Shown piece after piece: positions 1 to 13,730 of a stretch of DNA of 61,696 nucleotides (its first letter is position 1; each line of letters begins with the position of its first letter). Made by a program: the position numbers and the translations under genes. A model generated the notes under the pieces. It did no database searches. It had not been told where the DNA came from and was given only the letters and a program-made list of their open reading frames with translations. The DNA is from Octopus bimaculoides (Eukaryota): the NCBI RefSeq assembly GCF_001194135.2, contig NC_068998.1:16841579-16903274 (forward strand). The letters run 5' to 3'.

Positions 1-69
<69 letters not shown>

Positions 70-80
70 TACATACATAC
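1..80. repeat. Compound microsatellite (AT)n(CA)n(TACA)n, representative of dozens in the window
   Basis: Directly visible; others include (AAT)n 1041-1080, (TATG)n ~27184-27243 and (CA)n ~34056-34114. Confidence 0.98.
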
Positions 81-812
81 AGATGGATTCTCTTGTCATG
101 AACAACAAATAAGGGCTCAATGAAATAAAGCAGTAATTATGTTCTATGGACATGCATGTGTCTCTTGAGGCCTGCTGGTGCCTTGCAAACCTTTTGGCAA
201 ATAGAGGCTTTAGTGTGGCTGCGTGGTAAGAAATTGGTTTCCCAAACACATGGCTCCACTGCGTTGCAATTTGGGCATCTAATAGAGCTTCAAGCCAACC
301 AAAGCCTTGTAAGTGGATTTGGTAGACAGAAACTGAAAGAAGCTCATCATATGTGTGTGTGTGTGTGTTTTGGTGTAAGTATTTGTCCCCTCCGACCACT
401 GCTTGACAATTGGTGTTGTGTGTTTACATTCCCCTAGCATAGCAGTGTGGCAAAAGAGGTTAATAGAATAAGCATCAGGCTTAACAAAAAAATATGTACT
501 GAGGTTGATTTTTTTCAACTAAAATTCTTCAAGGTAGTGTCCAGCATGGCCACAAACAAATGACTGAAACAAGAGAAAGAAAAATAAATATATAGACATA
601 TGTATATATAAGGGGCTTTTTTGCTCTGCTTCTACCAAATTCACCCATAAGGCATTGGTTGACTAGGAGCTATAGTAGAAGGCAATCTACTATACTAATT
701 TGTTCGAAGTTACTTACCCAAAATGCCACACAGTGGGACTGAGCCTGACACTGTGTAGTTGCCAGTTTTTTTTGTTTTTTCCTTAAATTTATACACTAAA
801 TTTCATTTTTAG

Positions 813-980
813 GAATTGCATGTATTGCAATGGCATTTGTTGATGAACATGAACAAGAAATCAAATTTACTGGATGCCAGAAACCTCTGCAGCTCGTTTA
901 CGATGACATGGTTCCACCTGAAAAATACCTTTCCCTCATAGAGTCAGTACTACTTGAAAAATTACCAGCACCAAGAACCG
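813..980 (+). CDS. SZT2: SZT2 exon ([12 protein letters not shown]...LPAPRT)
   Basis: ttttag|GAATT ... ACCG|gtatgt; 168 nt, phase 1-1. Confidence 0.92.
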
Positions 981-1037
981 GTATGTTTTAAATATTTGTT
1001 GCTTCTTATCAGGTCCTTAGTTTTGCCCTGAATATTG

Positions 1038-1082
<45 letters not shown>

Positions 1083-3133
1083 ACTACTATATTTAACGTG
1101 TATAAGGAACCCTTTTTTGTCAAAAATTAGGTTAAAAAAATATGGGAGTTTCTTATACATGGATAGTATTATAATCCCTTACAGAACCTTTTTACCAAAT
1201 TTTAAGCCCCAAAAATTAGGGGTTCCTTATACACATTAAAATATGTTAATTGTATACAGTGCACTACAACTCATCAGAAGAAGTAACCAAAACTACATGA
1301 ACAGTACAGAGAATATGTACAGGAAGTGAACAATGAAGTCTTAACAAAAAAAAAGAAAGAAATGGGAGCTGGGGCATCAGGTGTACTGTTGGCAAATTTC
1401 AAGAAGCGTAGAAGTTTTGAAGGATGTAGTGTCTTGACAGCTAACAACTGATGCAAGTAGTTTATTCCAGGCTTCAACTATTCTAAGCATGCAAAGATGT
1501 TTCTGAAAGTCATGGGTGCTGTGTTGCTTTTTGATTTTATAAGCATGATTTCTAATATTTTATGAAGGAGGGAACAGCTGATTGACTCAGCCTCGTTCAT
1601 ACCTATTACTTGATTGCTATTTCATTTTATCAAACTAGAAAGATGAAAGGTAAAATCAACTTGAATAAGATCAACAGTAAAATCTTCTTAGAGAAGATTA
1701 CTGATGTTGATGTTGAGAAATAAAAGATTATGAGAGATATATATTTTATATGGATAATCATCATTGTTTTATTGATAATGGCCACTTTTATGTGGCTGTC
1801 CTCTAAGAGATGACGATACTGCTATTTAACCCCAGGAAGACATCTCCTCCAGCTGGTTTATTTAGTGTGCTTCTCGCACTCAATATTTATTACAAACAGG
1901 AGATAACTCCTGGTACCCTAGTTCTGAGACCACCAAACCAAATGGTTTTGATTTGCGTTGGATCTCCTTGGTGGCGGGTACTTGTTTGTCAGGCATGGCA
2001 GGAGGTTAACCTCACTTGCAAGATATATAAAACACAGTGTTATACAATTGCTACTTTAATGTGGCTGTCCTCTAAGAGCCATTGATATTGTCATTTTAAC
2101 CCCAGGAAAACATCTCTTCCAGCTGGTTTATTCAATGTGCTTCTCGCACTCAATATTTATTGCAAGCAGGAGATAACTCCTGCTACCCTAGTTCTGAGAC
2201 CACCAGATCACATGGTTTTGATCTGCATTGGCTCTCATTAGTGGTGGGTACTTGTTTGCCAGGCATGACAGCAGGTTAACCTCGCTTGCAAATATGTAAA
2301 ACACAGTGTCATACAATCACTGATTTTGTAACTAGGAAACTAGTCTGTTAGAAAATCTCTGTTTGAGATAGTAATGGTATAGGAACCACAAAGTAATGAT
2401 AATGTCCACTTTAATGTGGCTGTCCTGTAAGAGACAATGATACTGCTATTTAACCCCAGGAAGACATCTCCTCCAGCTTGTTTGTTCAGTGCGTTTCTCG
2501 CACTCAATATTTATTACAAGCAGGAGATAACAACTGCCACCCTAGCTACAAGACCACGTGGTTTTAATCTGTGTTGGATCTCCTTGGTGGTGGGTACTCG
2601 TCCAGTTTTCTATGCTTGCATAGGTTAGTTAGATTTTGTTGAGACAGATTTTTCTATGGTAGGATGCCTTTCTTGTCACTAAACTTCACCTGTCTCAAAG
2701 TAAGATAGCATTACCCCTTGGCTGGGCATGTTTTCATGGAATATTGTCTGTACACAAATATGTATCCACATACATCTGAGTAGTTTCCACACTGTTTCTA
2801 TCTGGCAAATTTCACTTACAAAACTTTGGTTGTGCCCAGGCTATGGCTAAAAGACACTTGCCCAACATGCTGCGAACAACAGTGTGAACCAGAACACTTC
2901 TGAACCATATGACTATGTCTACACCCAACCCATAAATACAAACATACAAAATTCTTTGAAAGAATATATATTATTCCCCTGTTGAACCAATTCTTCCTGA
3001 CTATGAGACATTTTGGTACAGCCATATTGGTGCCACTTATTTGGCATCATTAATATGACATTGATTTGGGTTTTTAATGGTTCTCTTGTACTTCCTCACT
3101 CTCCGTCTCATCTTCTCTCACCTTTCTCACCTT

Positions 3134-3164
<31 letters not shown>

Positions 3165-6052
3165 TTGTTTTGTGTGTTAGCATATTCTTTGTTTTGTGTA
3201 TTAGAACAGAGAAAGTGTTTATGTCACTTAGGACATAAATTAATTAATAAATTGTAACGTCTCTCATTTTTTTTAGCTGTATGAATTTATTTTTGCATGC
3301 ATGTGTGCATGCATGTGTGCATGCATGTGTGCATGCATGTGTCTGTGTGTGCTTGCCCCCAGCACCAAAGAAGTACTGTTGCCAAAAACAGGTACAGTTT
3401 TCAGTCAGCCATGTCAAATCATTAATACTCAAACAGCTTCTTGCATTCAATCATCCCAATCCATTTCTTCCTATATTTTATTTGATCTGTAATTTTCTTT
3501 TTCTGTTCTCCAGGTTTAAATCGTTACATTCGTTTTCGAATATGGCAACGTGGCAATGCTGATGTACACAATTTACGGGAGAAACTTCACACGTCAATAC
3601 AGTGCGCTTTGTGTGATGTTATTTCTGAGTTCAAGCTGCTGAATTTTCCTATCTGCCAGGCCTCTCATGATTTGCTACCATCTTTCTCTGAACCTTGTTC
3701 TCCATCCGTTGTAAAAGGTATGTTACTGAAATGATTTACCTTCATGCTGTAGGAGTGAATGGTGAAGGCAGAGGAGAGAAAATAGTAATTCAATGAATGA
3801 CGAATAGTGAGAGTAATAGCCATGACTGAGAGGGAGTGAGAGAAAGTAATAGCAATGAGAAAGAGGAAGTGGCAAAGAGAACATCATGTATCTTCTACTA
3901 TAATAATCTACTATCATAATACTCTTGTGTATTTCTCCGTCACAACATATGAATGAGAAAGGAAGGGGTGATCCATCGATGGAAGTGGGATGGTGAAAAG
4001 TCAATGGTGCAGCTGCTGGCTCTCCAGACCTCAGTCAAACCAACCGTCCAGCCCATGCCAGCATGGAAAACGGATGTTGAATGATGATATACAGTTCCCT
4101 GATCTGATACAGCATATATGTATACTTACATGTGTGTGCGCGTGTGTGTATGTGTGCGTGTCCATTTCTCTAGTGTGTTTCAGCCAAGGGTATAAATACC
4201 AAAGAGAAAACATGAATACTTGAAAATTCAATTCAGAAAGAAAGAATTATTCCAACTGTGATAAGTATTGAAAGTTTCAGTTCCAAATGTTCTTTCATTT
4301 TATTATTATTAATGCATCTATAAATTTGGTTAACTTTTGACATTAGTGAGAGAAAATGAAGAGAAATTGCAAGTCGCTTCCAGGAAGTTAACTATCCAAT
4401 CCAAGATATCTGCCAAATCCCTTTTCAAAGATAAGTCAAAGCCACCAATTTCAACACCTTCCTCAAAAGACACGACAAAGGTAGGTAACCAAAATCTCCA
4501 TCAGGATTTATCTTGTACAAAACAAGGATCAGGTTTATCATCATCATCATCATCATCACCATGATCGTTATCATCAAGGTGGCAAGTCTGCAGAATTGTT
4601 AGTCTCAGACAAAAAAAAAAATGTCATGTTTTGCAGTATTTATTCCAGCTATTTATGTTCTGAGTTCAAATCCTGCTGAGGCTGATAAAATAAAGTATTA
4701 ATCAGGCACTGAGGGTCAATGAAATTGACTGAATTCTTGTCAAAATTGTTGATCTTGCACCTAAATCAGAAACCATTATTATTTTATTGTTGTTATTATT
4801 ATTAGTATTAATATTGAGGATGGTGAGCTGGCAGAACTGTTAGCACACCGGGCAAAATGCTTAGCAGCATTTCATCTGCCTTTATGTTCTGAGTTCAAAT
4901 TCTGCAGAGGCCAACTTTGCCTTTCATCCTTTCAGGGCTGATAAAATAAGTACCAGTTGAGCACTGGGCTTGATATAATCGACTGTCTCTCTCTCACCAA
5001 ATTTCAGGTCTTGTGCCTATAGTAAAAAAGATTATTATTATTATTATTTGTTGTTGTTAGTATTGGCAGAATCATGAGCACATCAAATGAGTGATACTTC
5101 TAGCTCTTTGCATCCTGAGTACAAATTCAACATTGCCCTTTCATCCTTTTGAGATTCATAAAATTAGATTAACTGTCAAGTACTGAGGTTGATGCTATCA
5201 ACTAACCCTCATCAACTAACCCTCAAAACTGCTGGCCAGGTGCCAAAATTTGAAATAATTATCATTATTATTGTTAAGGTGGCATGCTGGCAAAATCAGC
5301 ACACCAGACAAAAAAAAAAAAAAATACTTAGTGCCATTTCTTCTATCATAAAATTCTGAGTTCAAATTCTACTAAGGCCAGCTTTGCCTTTCAGTCTTTT
5401 GGGGTTGTTAAAACAAACACCAATTGAGCACTGGGGTTGAAGAAATTGAATCATTGTTATTGCGGTGGCATTGTTGGCAATGGTAGCAGCAGCAGCAGCA
5501 GCAACCATAATTATTACCATCACCATGACCATCAAAATGATATCTATTTTGCGACAACATTGTTTGGTGAAATATCACCCTATTATTTAATGTGTTCCCA
5601 TATTCTCAAGTGTTCCTTAGTTTCTTCTCATGTTTACCAACATACTATAAGGTTTGCCTTATTTTTGTGTTATTACGCCTTGATTTGTGATTTGTGAATA
5701 TGTACATATGTCACCGCTAAAAGTGATAACCTTGACTTATTTTTGTATTCCTACTCATAAATTACCTAGTAAAATGTCTCTTATTATTTTTCTCTCCTTA
5801 ATTATCTATCAGTGTATCTTACTTTTTCTCTTTTACTTGTCTCAGTTATTGAACTGCAGCCATGCTGGGGCACTGCCTTGAAGGGATTTAGTCAATCAAA
5901 CTGACCCAAGTTTCTTTTTTTTTTAATTTTGAAGTCTGGTACTTATTCTATCAGTCCCTGAACTTCTAATTTACTAGAACATAAACAAACCAACACTAGT
6001 CGTGAAGCAGTGAAGGTGGGGGAACAAACACACATACTGGAGAAATGCACAG

Positions 6053-6093
<41 letters not shown>

Positions 6094-6123
6094 TACACAT
6101 ATATACTGTATCAAATCAGGGAA

Positions 6124-6157
<34 letters not shown>

Positions 6158-9100
6158 NNNNNNNNNNNNNNNNNNNNNNNNNNNNNNNNNNNNNNNNNNN
6201 NNNNNNNNNNNNNNNNNNNNNCACCAGAAGGGAAGCTAGAAGACAGGTTTACTTACATGCATACATACATAAATACAAACAAAAATACCTTGTTGTTGAT
6301 ATTGAAATTCTAATGGAGGAGCCTAGATTAAAAACCAGCTCTTTCTCTATTGGCAAGAAGTCTTGAAATAAAACTGAACAATCATACATAAAAACGTATG
6401 CGATGGACTTCCACACATTTCTGTCAACCGGATTTCCTCGCAAGGCATTGGTCAGCTTCAGGCTATATAGTACAAGACACTTGCTCCAGGTGCCTCACAG
6501 TGGGACTGAACTGGAAACCACATGGTTGCAAAGTTAGCTTCTTAACCAGGCACCCATTCCTGCTCCTTTATCAGTTTATTTATGGTGATTATTTTGGGGT
6601 CGATCTATTTTCATTTTTGTCCTTTTTTCTTTTATCTTCCTTATAAAGGGATCAGAAACTTCATGGAACACATCAGCTAGCAGTAATGAGAGCCCTAGTT
6701 CTCAGTATAGTAGCTTTCAGCACAAGGGCAAAGATCAACCTTACATGTTCTTTCAGTATGAAAGTGGCGAGAAAGGTTTTCTTCATCCAGTATTTTGGAC
6801 ATCTCTTCCACACTGGTTAGATTTCTGCGTTAATTTAGGTAAGTTTCTCTTTTGACCATTTATCCTATTTCTATGTTATGGTTTTTTTTGTAGAATAGGT
6901 ACACATATCCTTGTGTGTCCTGGTTTTAGAAGAGATATACTGAGATCCTAGAACTAAAATTGATGACAGAAAGGGCATCTGGCCACTAAAATATTCTGAC
7001 ACAAAAGCCATCTAAGTTATGCCAGTATGGGGATCACACCATGTGTAGTATGCAAATTTCTTAGAGCACAAATGTAAACAAAAACATAGTCATTCTCATA
7101 TACATGCAAACACGCCCATGTACGTGCAATCACATACATGTGCATGCATATGCATTGCTGTGAATAGTCAGCTAAAGGGTCAGTTGAACAAAACTGTGGT
7201 TCAGAAATGCAATCTTGTTTACATAATGCATAACTAAACTTTACAATGTTCCGAGCCAAGGTTCTTGTATTGGGCATCTTTATTTTTTTTATGTCAATAA
7301 ATAAGCACCCCCCCACACACACACACATGAATACACACACATACTAAAATATGCATATTTTCCCATGCTTGCATTGGTTAGAAGGAATTTGTTGTGGTGG
7401 ATTTTCTATGGTCAGATGCCTTTCCTGTTGCCAACCTTCACCTGTTTCCATGTAAGGTAATATTTCCTTGTGACCAGACATGTCTTGTCACGGAAGATTG
7501 GAAATGAAGGACAGCACTTACATGATGGTGACACTCCTTTACAATTATCACACGAAGTCAAGACAAGGAGTCAGTTACATGCACATACACTCACACACAC
7601 AAACATGATAGCTTCTTTCAGTTTTTGTCTACCAAATTCACTCACAAGGTTTTGGTCAGCCCAGGGCTATAGGAGAAGATACTTGTCCAAGGTGGGACTG
7701 AACCTGGAAGTATGTGATTGGGAAGCAAGCTTCTTATCACACAGTTATGCCTGTGCCTGGAGTTTCTCTGGAGGATCTCTGGAGTAACATTACTCAACAG
7801 GGTGCATAGCTTGGAGAGTCTCTCCAGGTTGAACCACTCTACATTGAGAGTTCACATCTGTCATACAACAGACATGTGATTAGAATATTATAGGTGCCAC
7901 TCAGTGGGATTGAACCTAAAAACCTTATGGTTTGGAAGCAAACTTCTTGACATGTAAGCTGTTCCTGAACTTATTATATATATATATATATATATATATC
8001 ATCATCATTGTTTAACGTCCGCCTTCCATTGAGTCTGATAGTTCAACAGGAGCTGGCCAGATAGAAGACTACCCCAGGCTGTTGTGTCTGTTTTGGCATG
8101 GTTTTTACAGCTGGATGCCTTTCTTAACACCAACCACCCTGCAGAGTGGACTGAGTGCTTTTATATATATAGATATATATATATTTGTATATTTTTCCAT
8201 TTCAGCTGTTCCAGCTGTTACCAAAATTGAATTGGAACTTCAAGCTCGATTTTCAATTGAGTTCCTACTAAGAGAATTGCCAAACCAATTTGCAACAGTT
8301 GCACGGGACATCAACATAAAAATATTTAAACTAGTGCAAGAATCCCCACAAGACGAAATTCTGATTGGGGTGCCATATTCCATAATACGCAGCAGTGCAG
8401 TAAGTATGGTTTGCTTTAATAGATAAAATGATTGGGGCAGCTGCTATATATGTCTGTACAGTGGAATATATACGTGTGTGCATATGTATATAAATATAAA
8501 TATATATGTATATAAATATATATATATATGTATATAAATATATATATATATATATATANNNNNNNNNNNNNNNNNNNNNNNNNNNNNNNNNNNNNNNNNN
8601 NNNNNNNNNNNNNNNNNNNNNNNNNNNNNNNNNNNNNNNNNNNNNNNNNNNNNNNNNNNNNNNNNNNNNNNNNNNNNNNNNNNNNNNNNNNNNNNNNNNN
8701 NNNNNNNNNNNNNNNNNNNNNNNNNNNNNNNNNNNNNNNNNNNNNNNNNNNNNNNNNNNNNNNNNNNNNNNNNNNNNNNNNNNNNNNNNNNNNNNNNNNN
8801 NNNNNNNNNNNNNNNNNNNNNNNNNNNNNNNNNNNNNNNNNNNNNNNNNNNNNNNNNNNNNNNNNNNTATATATATATATATTTATATATAAATGTATGT
8901 ACATATATGTATACATACATACATATGCATATTGTGTGTGTGTGTAACACAATTATGTTTGTTGAATTAAAATGCTGGGTGGATAATGATATTGAACAAC
9001 CAACTCTTTTAATGAGTAATACTTATTTTGACAGTTGATGTATCTCTTTGATCTTCACTTCATCTAGTTATCTTGAACAGATATTAAATTCTTTTGGAAT

Positions 9101-12100
9101 GTTTGCCAAAATAGAGCAGGTTTCCATCCAGGGAAATAATTTATCTATCTTCTACTTAATACCTAGAAACTGGAGTGAGATACCATTGTCTTTGTTAAAG
9201 CCATGCTGCATTCAACCAAAATATTTAAATTGGTTTCTGTTCATCTTGAAGCAGTTGGTATTAGAAAGTAGTCTCATCATAAATTGATAGCTTTAAAAAC
9301 TTCTATTTTTAACAAATTAATCATTTGCCCAACCCATTCCAGTCTGAAAAAAAAAGTGACAAAAAATGGAAAATTTAATAAATATAAATAAGGCAGAATT
9401 GTTACTGTGCCAGGCAAAATGCATAGTGGCATTTTTTCTATCTTTACATTCTGAGTTCAAATTCCACCAAGGTTGACTTTATCTTTCATCCTTTTAAAGT
9501 CGATAGAATAGGTACCAGTTGAGCACTGGTGTTGATGTAAGCGACTAATGCCCTACCCCAAAATTGCTGGCCCTGTGCCAAAGTTTGAAAATAATATAGT
9601 TTAACATAAATTGACAATGAATTAATTCTTAATATTGTCATTCCTCCCCACCCTTTATAAATCGAGGTATTGACACCAGTTCTAATTTACTTTGGCTGGC
9701 AATGGGGAGCTTCTGCCACGAAACATCAACAGGTGTATGTAAAAATTAAGTAAAAATTTGTGAATTTCTACAGTTAGGAAAACGGGAAAAGGGTATCCTA
9801 TTCGTATTCTATTTTGTAATGGGATTTCTCTAATGGGTGGTATATGGCAAGGTTGGTCAGGTATTGAACAGAATATCTCCTTATGTTTTAAATTTTAATT
9901 TTGTCCAAAACGACTTTGTCATTTGTACTTCTGGAGCTAATAAAATTAAGTGCTTGTCTGCAAGGATGAGGGTCAGTTGATATAATCACCTGTATACTTA
10001 GAATTTGTGTACCAGCATTGCCACATTCCAGTCATTGAAAGTAGCAAAACAACAAAAGATGAACTTGTTTTGTATTATCTGATTTTTTTTGTTTTGTTTA
10101 AGTGACATCTTGTATGGAGAAGTTTAATGGCTGTAATTTTGTTGAAATATAACCATAAAAGATTAAAATGAATTAGTAACAACATATCTCAATTTATCAA
10201 ATAGAGCTAAGTTTTTTATGTTAAATACTGTAGATTGTGGAAACAAAATTTAGAAATATTTTATGATACAGTAAACTCCTTCATATCCAGCACCACTGAG
10301 GCCAGAGGGTTACCAGATAACAAAATTTTCCAGATATCTGATCATCGCTTTTTAAATTACCATGACATCTTACAAAACACATTAATACTCCCTGTATTCA
10401 TCAGTATTATCATTAACATTCTAAATGTAGTAGAAATAAGAGAACTTGAAGGAATAAAATGTATGATTTAAGCTAAGAACAAGTTTTGTTAATCTAATAA
10501 AATTCAAGAATTGTAAATGCAGTAAAATAAAGTTTGGTACTTTAAGAAGCAATGATCCATGTAAAATACAGTAGAAATTCTCTTTCTTTTAATGACAGCT
10601 AATTAGTATTAACACAGATTCTCTTGATTCTAATCAACAGCACACTTTCTTTTATTTTTCTTTGGGTGCAGGTTGCTTGAGAGTTCTGGTTATTTGAGTA
10701 CTGGATAAGAGTGAGTTTACTGTATTTAGGTAATTTGATAAGCTGAGTAGAGGGTAAGCTACTTGGTCTGTGAATTCCATTAGCAAATTTCGGTTTCCTG
10801 TTGCAGTCAATTCTGAATACTACCTGTGTCATTGTCTTTGGAAATAATAAACATAACTGTTATCATTTCCATTTTCTTGTAAAAAAAATCTTTAAATTTC
10901 ATTTCTATCTGGTAGTTCTTTGAAGAAATAAAACCCACTTGAAGTTCGTAAAAGATTGGTGCAATTGCATGAAGTGATATCTAGATAGAAAATGGATTTT
11001 TGGAAATAGAAAAGGTCTTGACAAACTATAGTTAAAATATAGTTAGCATTAATATACTTAATACATTAACATATTTAACTCAACATTAACATATTTAATA
11101 CCAGGAGCATTTAAAAAGCTAATTAGAAATATTTATGTGGTGAAATAAAAATACATGTTAACAATAACTTAAGAATTGTATTTCATGCTTAAATATAGTT
11201 TAATTAAAATTTTTAAACGTGTGTTCCTAAATGTTTTGAAATTCTGAAGCCATCCTGACTTTCTCTGTGTAGCTTGTGCCTATTCAAATATGCATAAAAA
11301 AAAAGAATCCTTATTAACTAATGTCCATAGACTCACATGTACTAGTTCCTTGAAGCATATCACACATTGCTAAAGCCTTAATCTTCTGCTCTGTAGCTCC
11401 CCCATCTCAACTTGTGTACCGTTCTTTCTTGCAGTGGTACTTCTCTGTATTGGTGAGAGTTATTTTCTTATCCTTTTTGTTATTTTCCAATGTCTGTGCT
11501 AGCCATTTATCCAGTCATATCCATGACTGGCAGTTCTATCTTCTACTACTGTCGTTGTTTATTATTACAACTACTACTACTGTTGCTGCTGCTACTACTA
11601 TGTATATATATATATATTCATTCTCTGCACAAAATTATTGTATTTCAGTAAAGACTGAATTTTAACAATTAAACCTTTAATGCAAGGAAGATTTTGTATT
11701 TTATTTTCTCCTATCTTTATAAGTGAAATATAGAATTTTTTTTTTTTTAATTAATAAAAGCCATCTGTTATGTTTGATGTCGTTTTGCATGGTGTGAAGA
11801 TTCTCTGCCATTATTAGTATTTACATTTTTTTTTTTATAAATATACTACTTTTGTATAGAGATGTCCACATTGTATCATCACTGATAGTTTATAAACACC
11901 TCCACTTTAATTTTTTTCTTTTTTATTCATTTTGATTGTGTGTTTGTATTTTTCATTTGCTGCTCATGTTTTTTACTCTCCTGCAAGTGAGACCAATTTC
12001 CTTACAAGTTTTCTGATTTAATTTACAGCTAATATTAGATGTAGGACTGACCTGTAAGATCTATATGTAATGACAATTGCTTTAGTGATCTATTTGGATT

Positions 12101-13685
12101 GTTGGTGTTATTGTTGCTTTGATTGAGCAGACCTGTGATTGAAAATGTTTCAATCATGACCAACCCAGCTTTTGTATATTTTGGGGATTACATTGTTCAA
12201 TGAGTCCATCATTTGTTAGCTGAAAACATGGGACTTGGGAGAAACTGGCTTCTATTTCCAATGGGTTGAATGACTGCATCGTCTCCTTTGCTTGACTTGT
12301 CAGTCATTGGTGGAAATGGTATCCATCTTGATAACTGAAAGAAACAGAAACCACTGTTGTAATGTAATGGCCTAGTTTTTGTGGTATGCCATTGAGTGAA
12401 TCTTTACCAATCAACTAGATGGTCTTCTTCTATATGCAGCCTGGGATGTTTCCAAGTTAGACTCCGTGTGTGTGTGTGTACGCGTGCATGCATGTGTGCA
12501 CTGCACCATTTTAAATATGTAATCAGTGCTGTATGGGACACACTTGAACTCTGTAAAACCACTGGCTAATCAGAACTGGACTATTTTTCTAATTCTGAAG
12601 TGGAATCGTGATCTGGTGCATTTTTTTTTTTTTAATGACTCTATAATTAAAAAGTTTCCTCCTCAACCTCATAGCATTGGGTTCAATCCCACTTCATGGC
12701 ACCTTGGACAAGTATCTTCTGTTATAACCTTGTGAGAGTGAGAGAAATTTCATGAAAGGAAACTATATGGAAGCCCAGTGTTTATCATCTTGAAAGCCTG
12801 TTGCTTAGTGGTTAGGGTATTTGGCTGATAATCATAAGGTCGTGAGTTCAATTCCTGGTGGCACATTGTGTCCTTGAGCTAGACACTTCATTTCATGTTG
12901 CTCCAGTGCACTGATCTGGCAAAAATGAACAGTATGTATATTTTAAAGGCCCTGCCTTGTCACAACCTGTGTCGCATTGAATCTCCCTGGGAACTACTTT
13001 AAGGATATGAGCGTTGGTGGAGTGCTCAACCATTTGCACATTAATTTCATGAGCTGGCTGTTCTGTTGGTCGGACTGGCTGGAACCCTTATCATCATAAC
13101 TGACAGAGTGCCAGTATGTATCATCATTATCATCATCATTTTAACATCCTCTTTTCCATGCTTGCATGAGTCAGACAGAGTTTATTGAGACAAATTTTCT
13201 ACAGTCTTTCTCTTAACAATCCTCATCTGTTTCCAGGCAAGGTAACATTTCCCCTTGACCAGACATGTTTTTTTTTTCCACAGAAGACTGGAAACAAACA
13301 ACATTGCTTTTATGACAGTAATGCTCATTTAGAACAAGCATGTGATGTGAAGACAATGGTTCATGCACACACACACACACNNNNNNNNNNNNNNNNNNNN
13401 NNNNNNNNNNNNNNNNNNNNNNNNNNNNNNNNNNNNNNNNNNNNNNNNNNNNNNNNNNNNNNNNNNNNNNNNNNNNCTATACTGGCATGGGTTAGACAGT
13501 TTAACTGAAACTGGCAAGCTGGAGGGCTGCACCAGATTCCAATCTGATTCGGCATGGTTTCTTTGGGTGGATGCTCTTCTTAACATTGACAACTCTATGA
13601 GTGAAATGGGTACTTTTTACATGCTACTAGCATAGGTGCCAGTGGAATAGGTGCCAGTGGCATAGGTGCCACTTATGTGACACAT

Positions 13686-13730
<45 letters not shown>

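Noticed and set aside
3295-3342. (GCATGCATGTGT)x4 and short 15-bp triplets at ~13635 and ~30685
   Set aside because: Ordinary slippage repeats with no evidence of function.
9667-9734. Possible 66-nt in-frame exon ([22 protein letters not shown]) or a decayed hammerhead (TGGCA/TGCCA-C-GAAAC...GTA)
   Set aside because: The GAG acceptor and GTGTAT donor are weak, and the CUGANGA core is absent; neither reading is supportable.
12029-12053. 25-nt AG...GT segment as a microexon
   Set aside because: It shifts the frame and has a weak pyrimidine tract; expected by chance in AT-rich introns.
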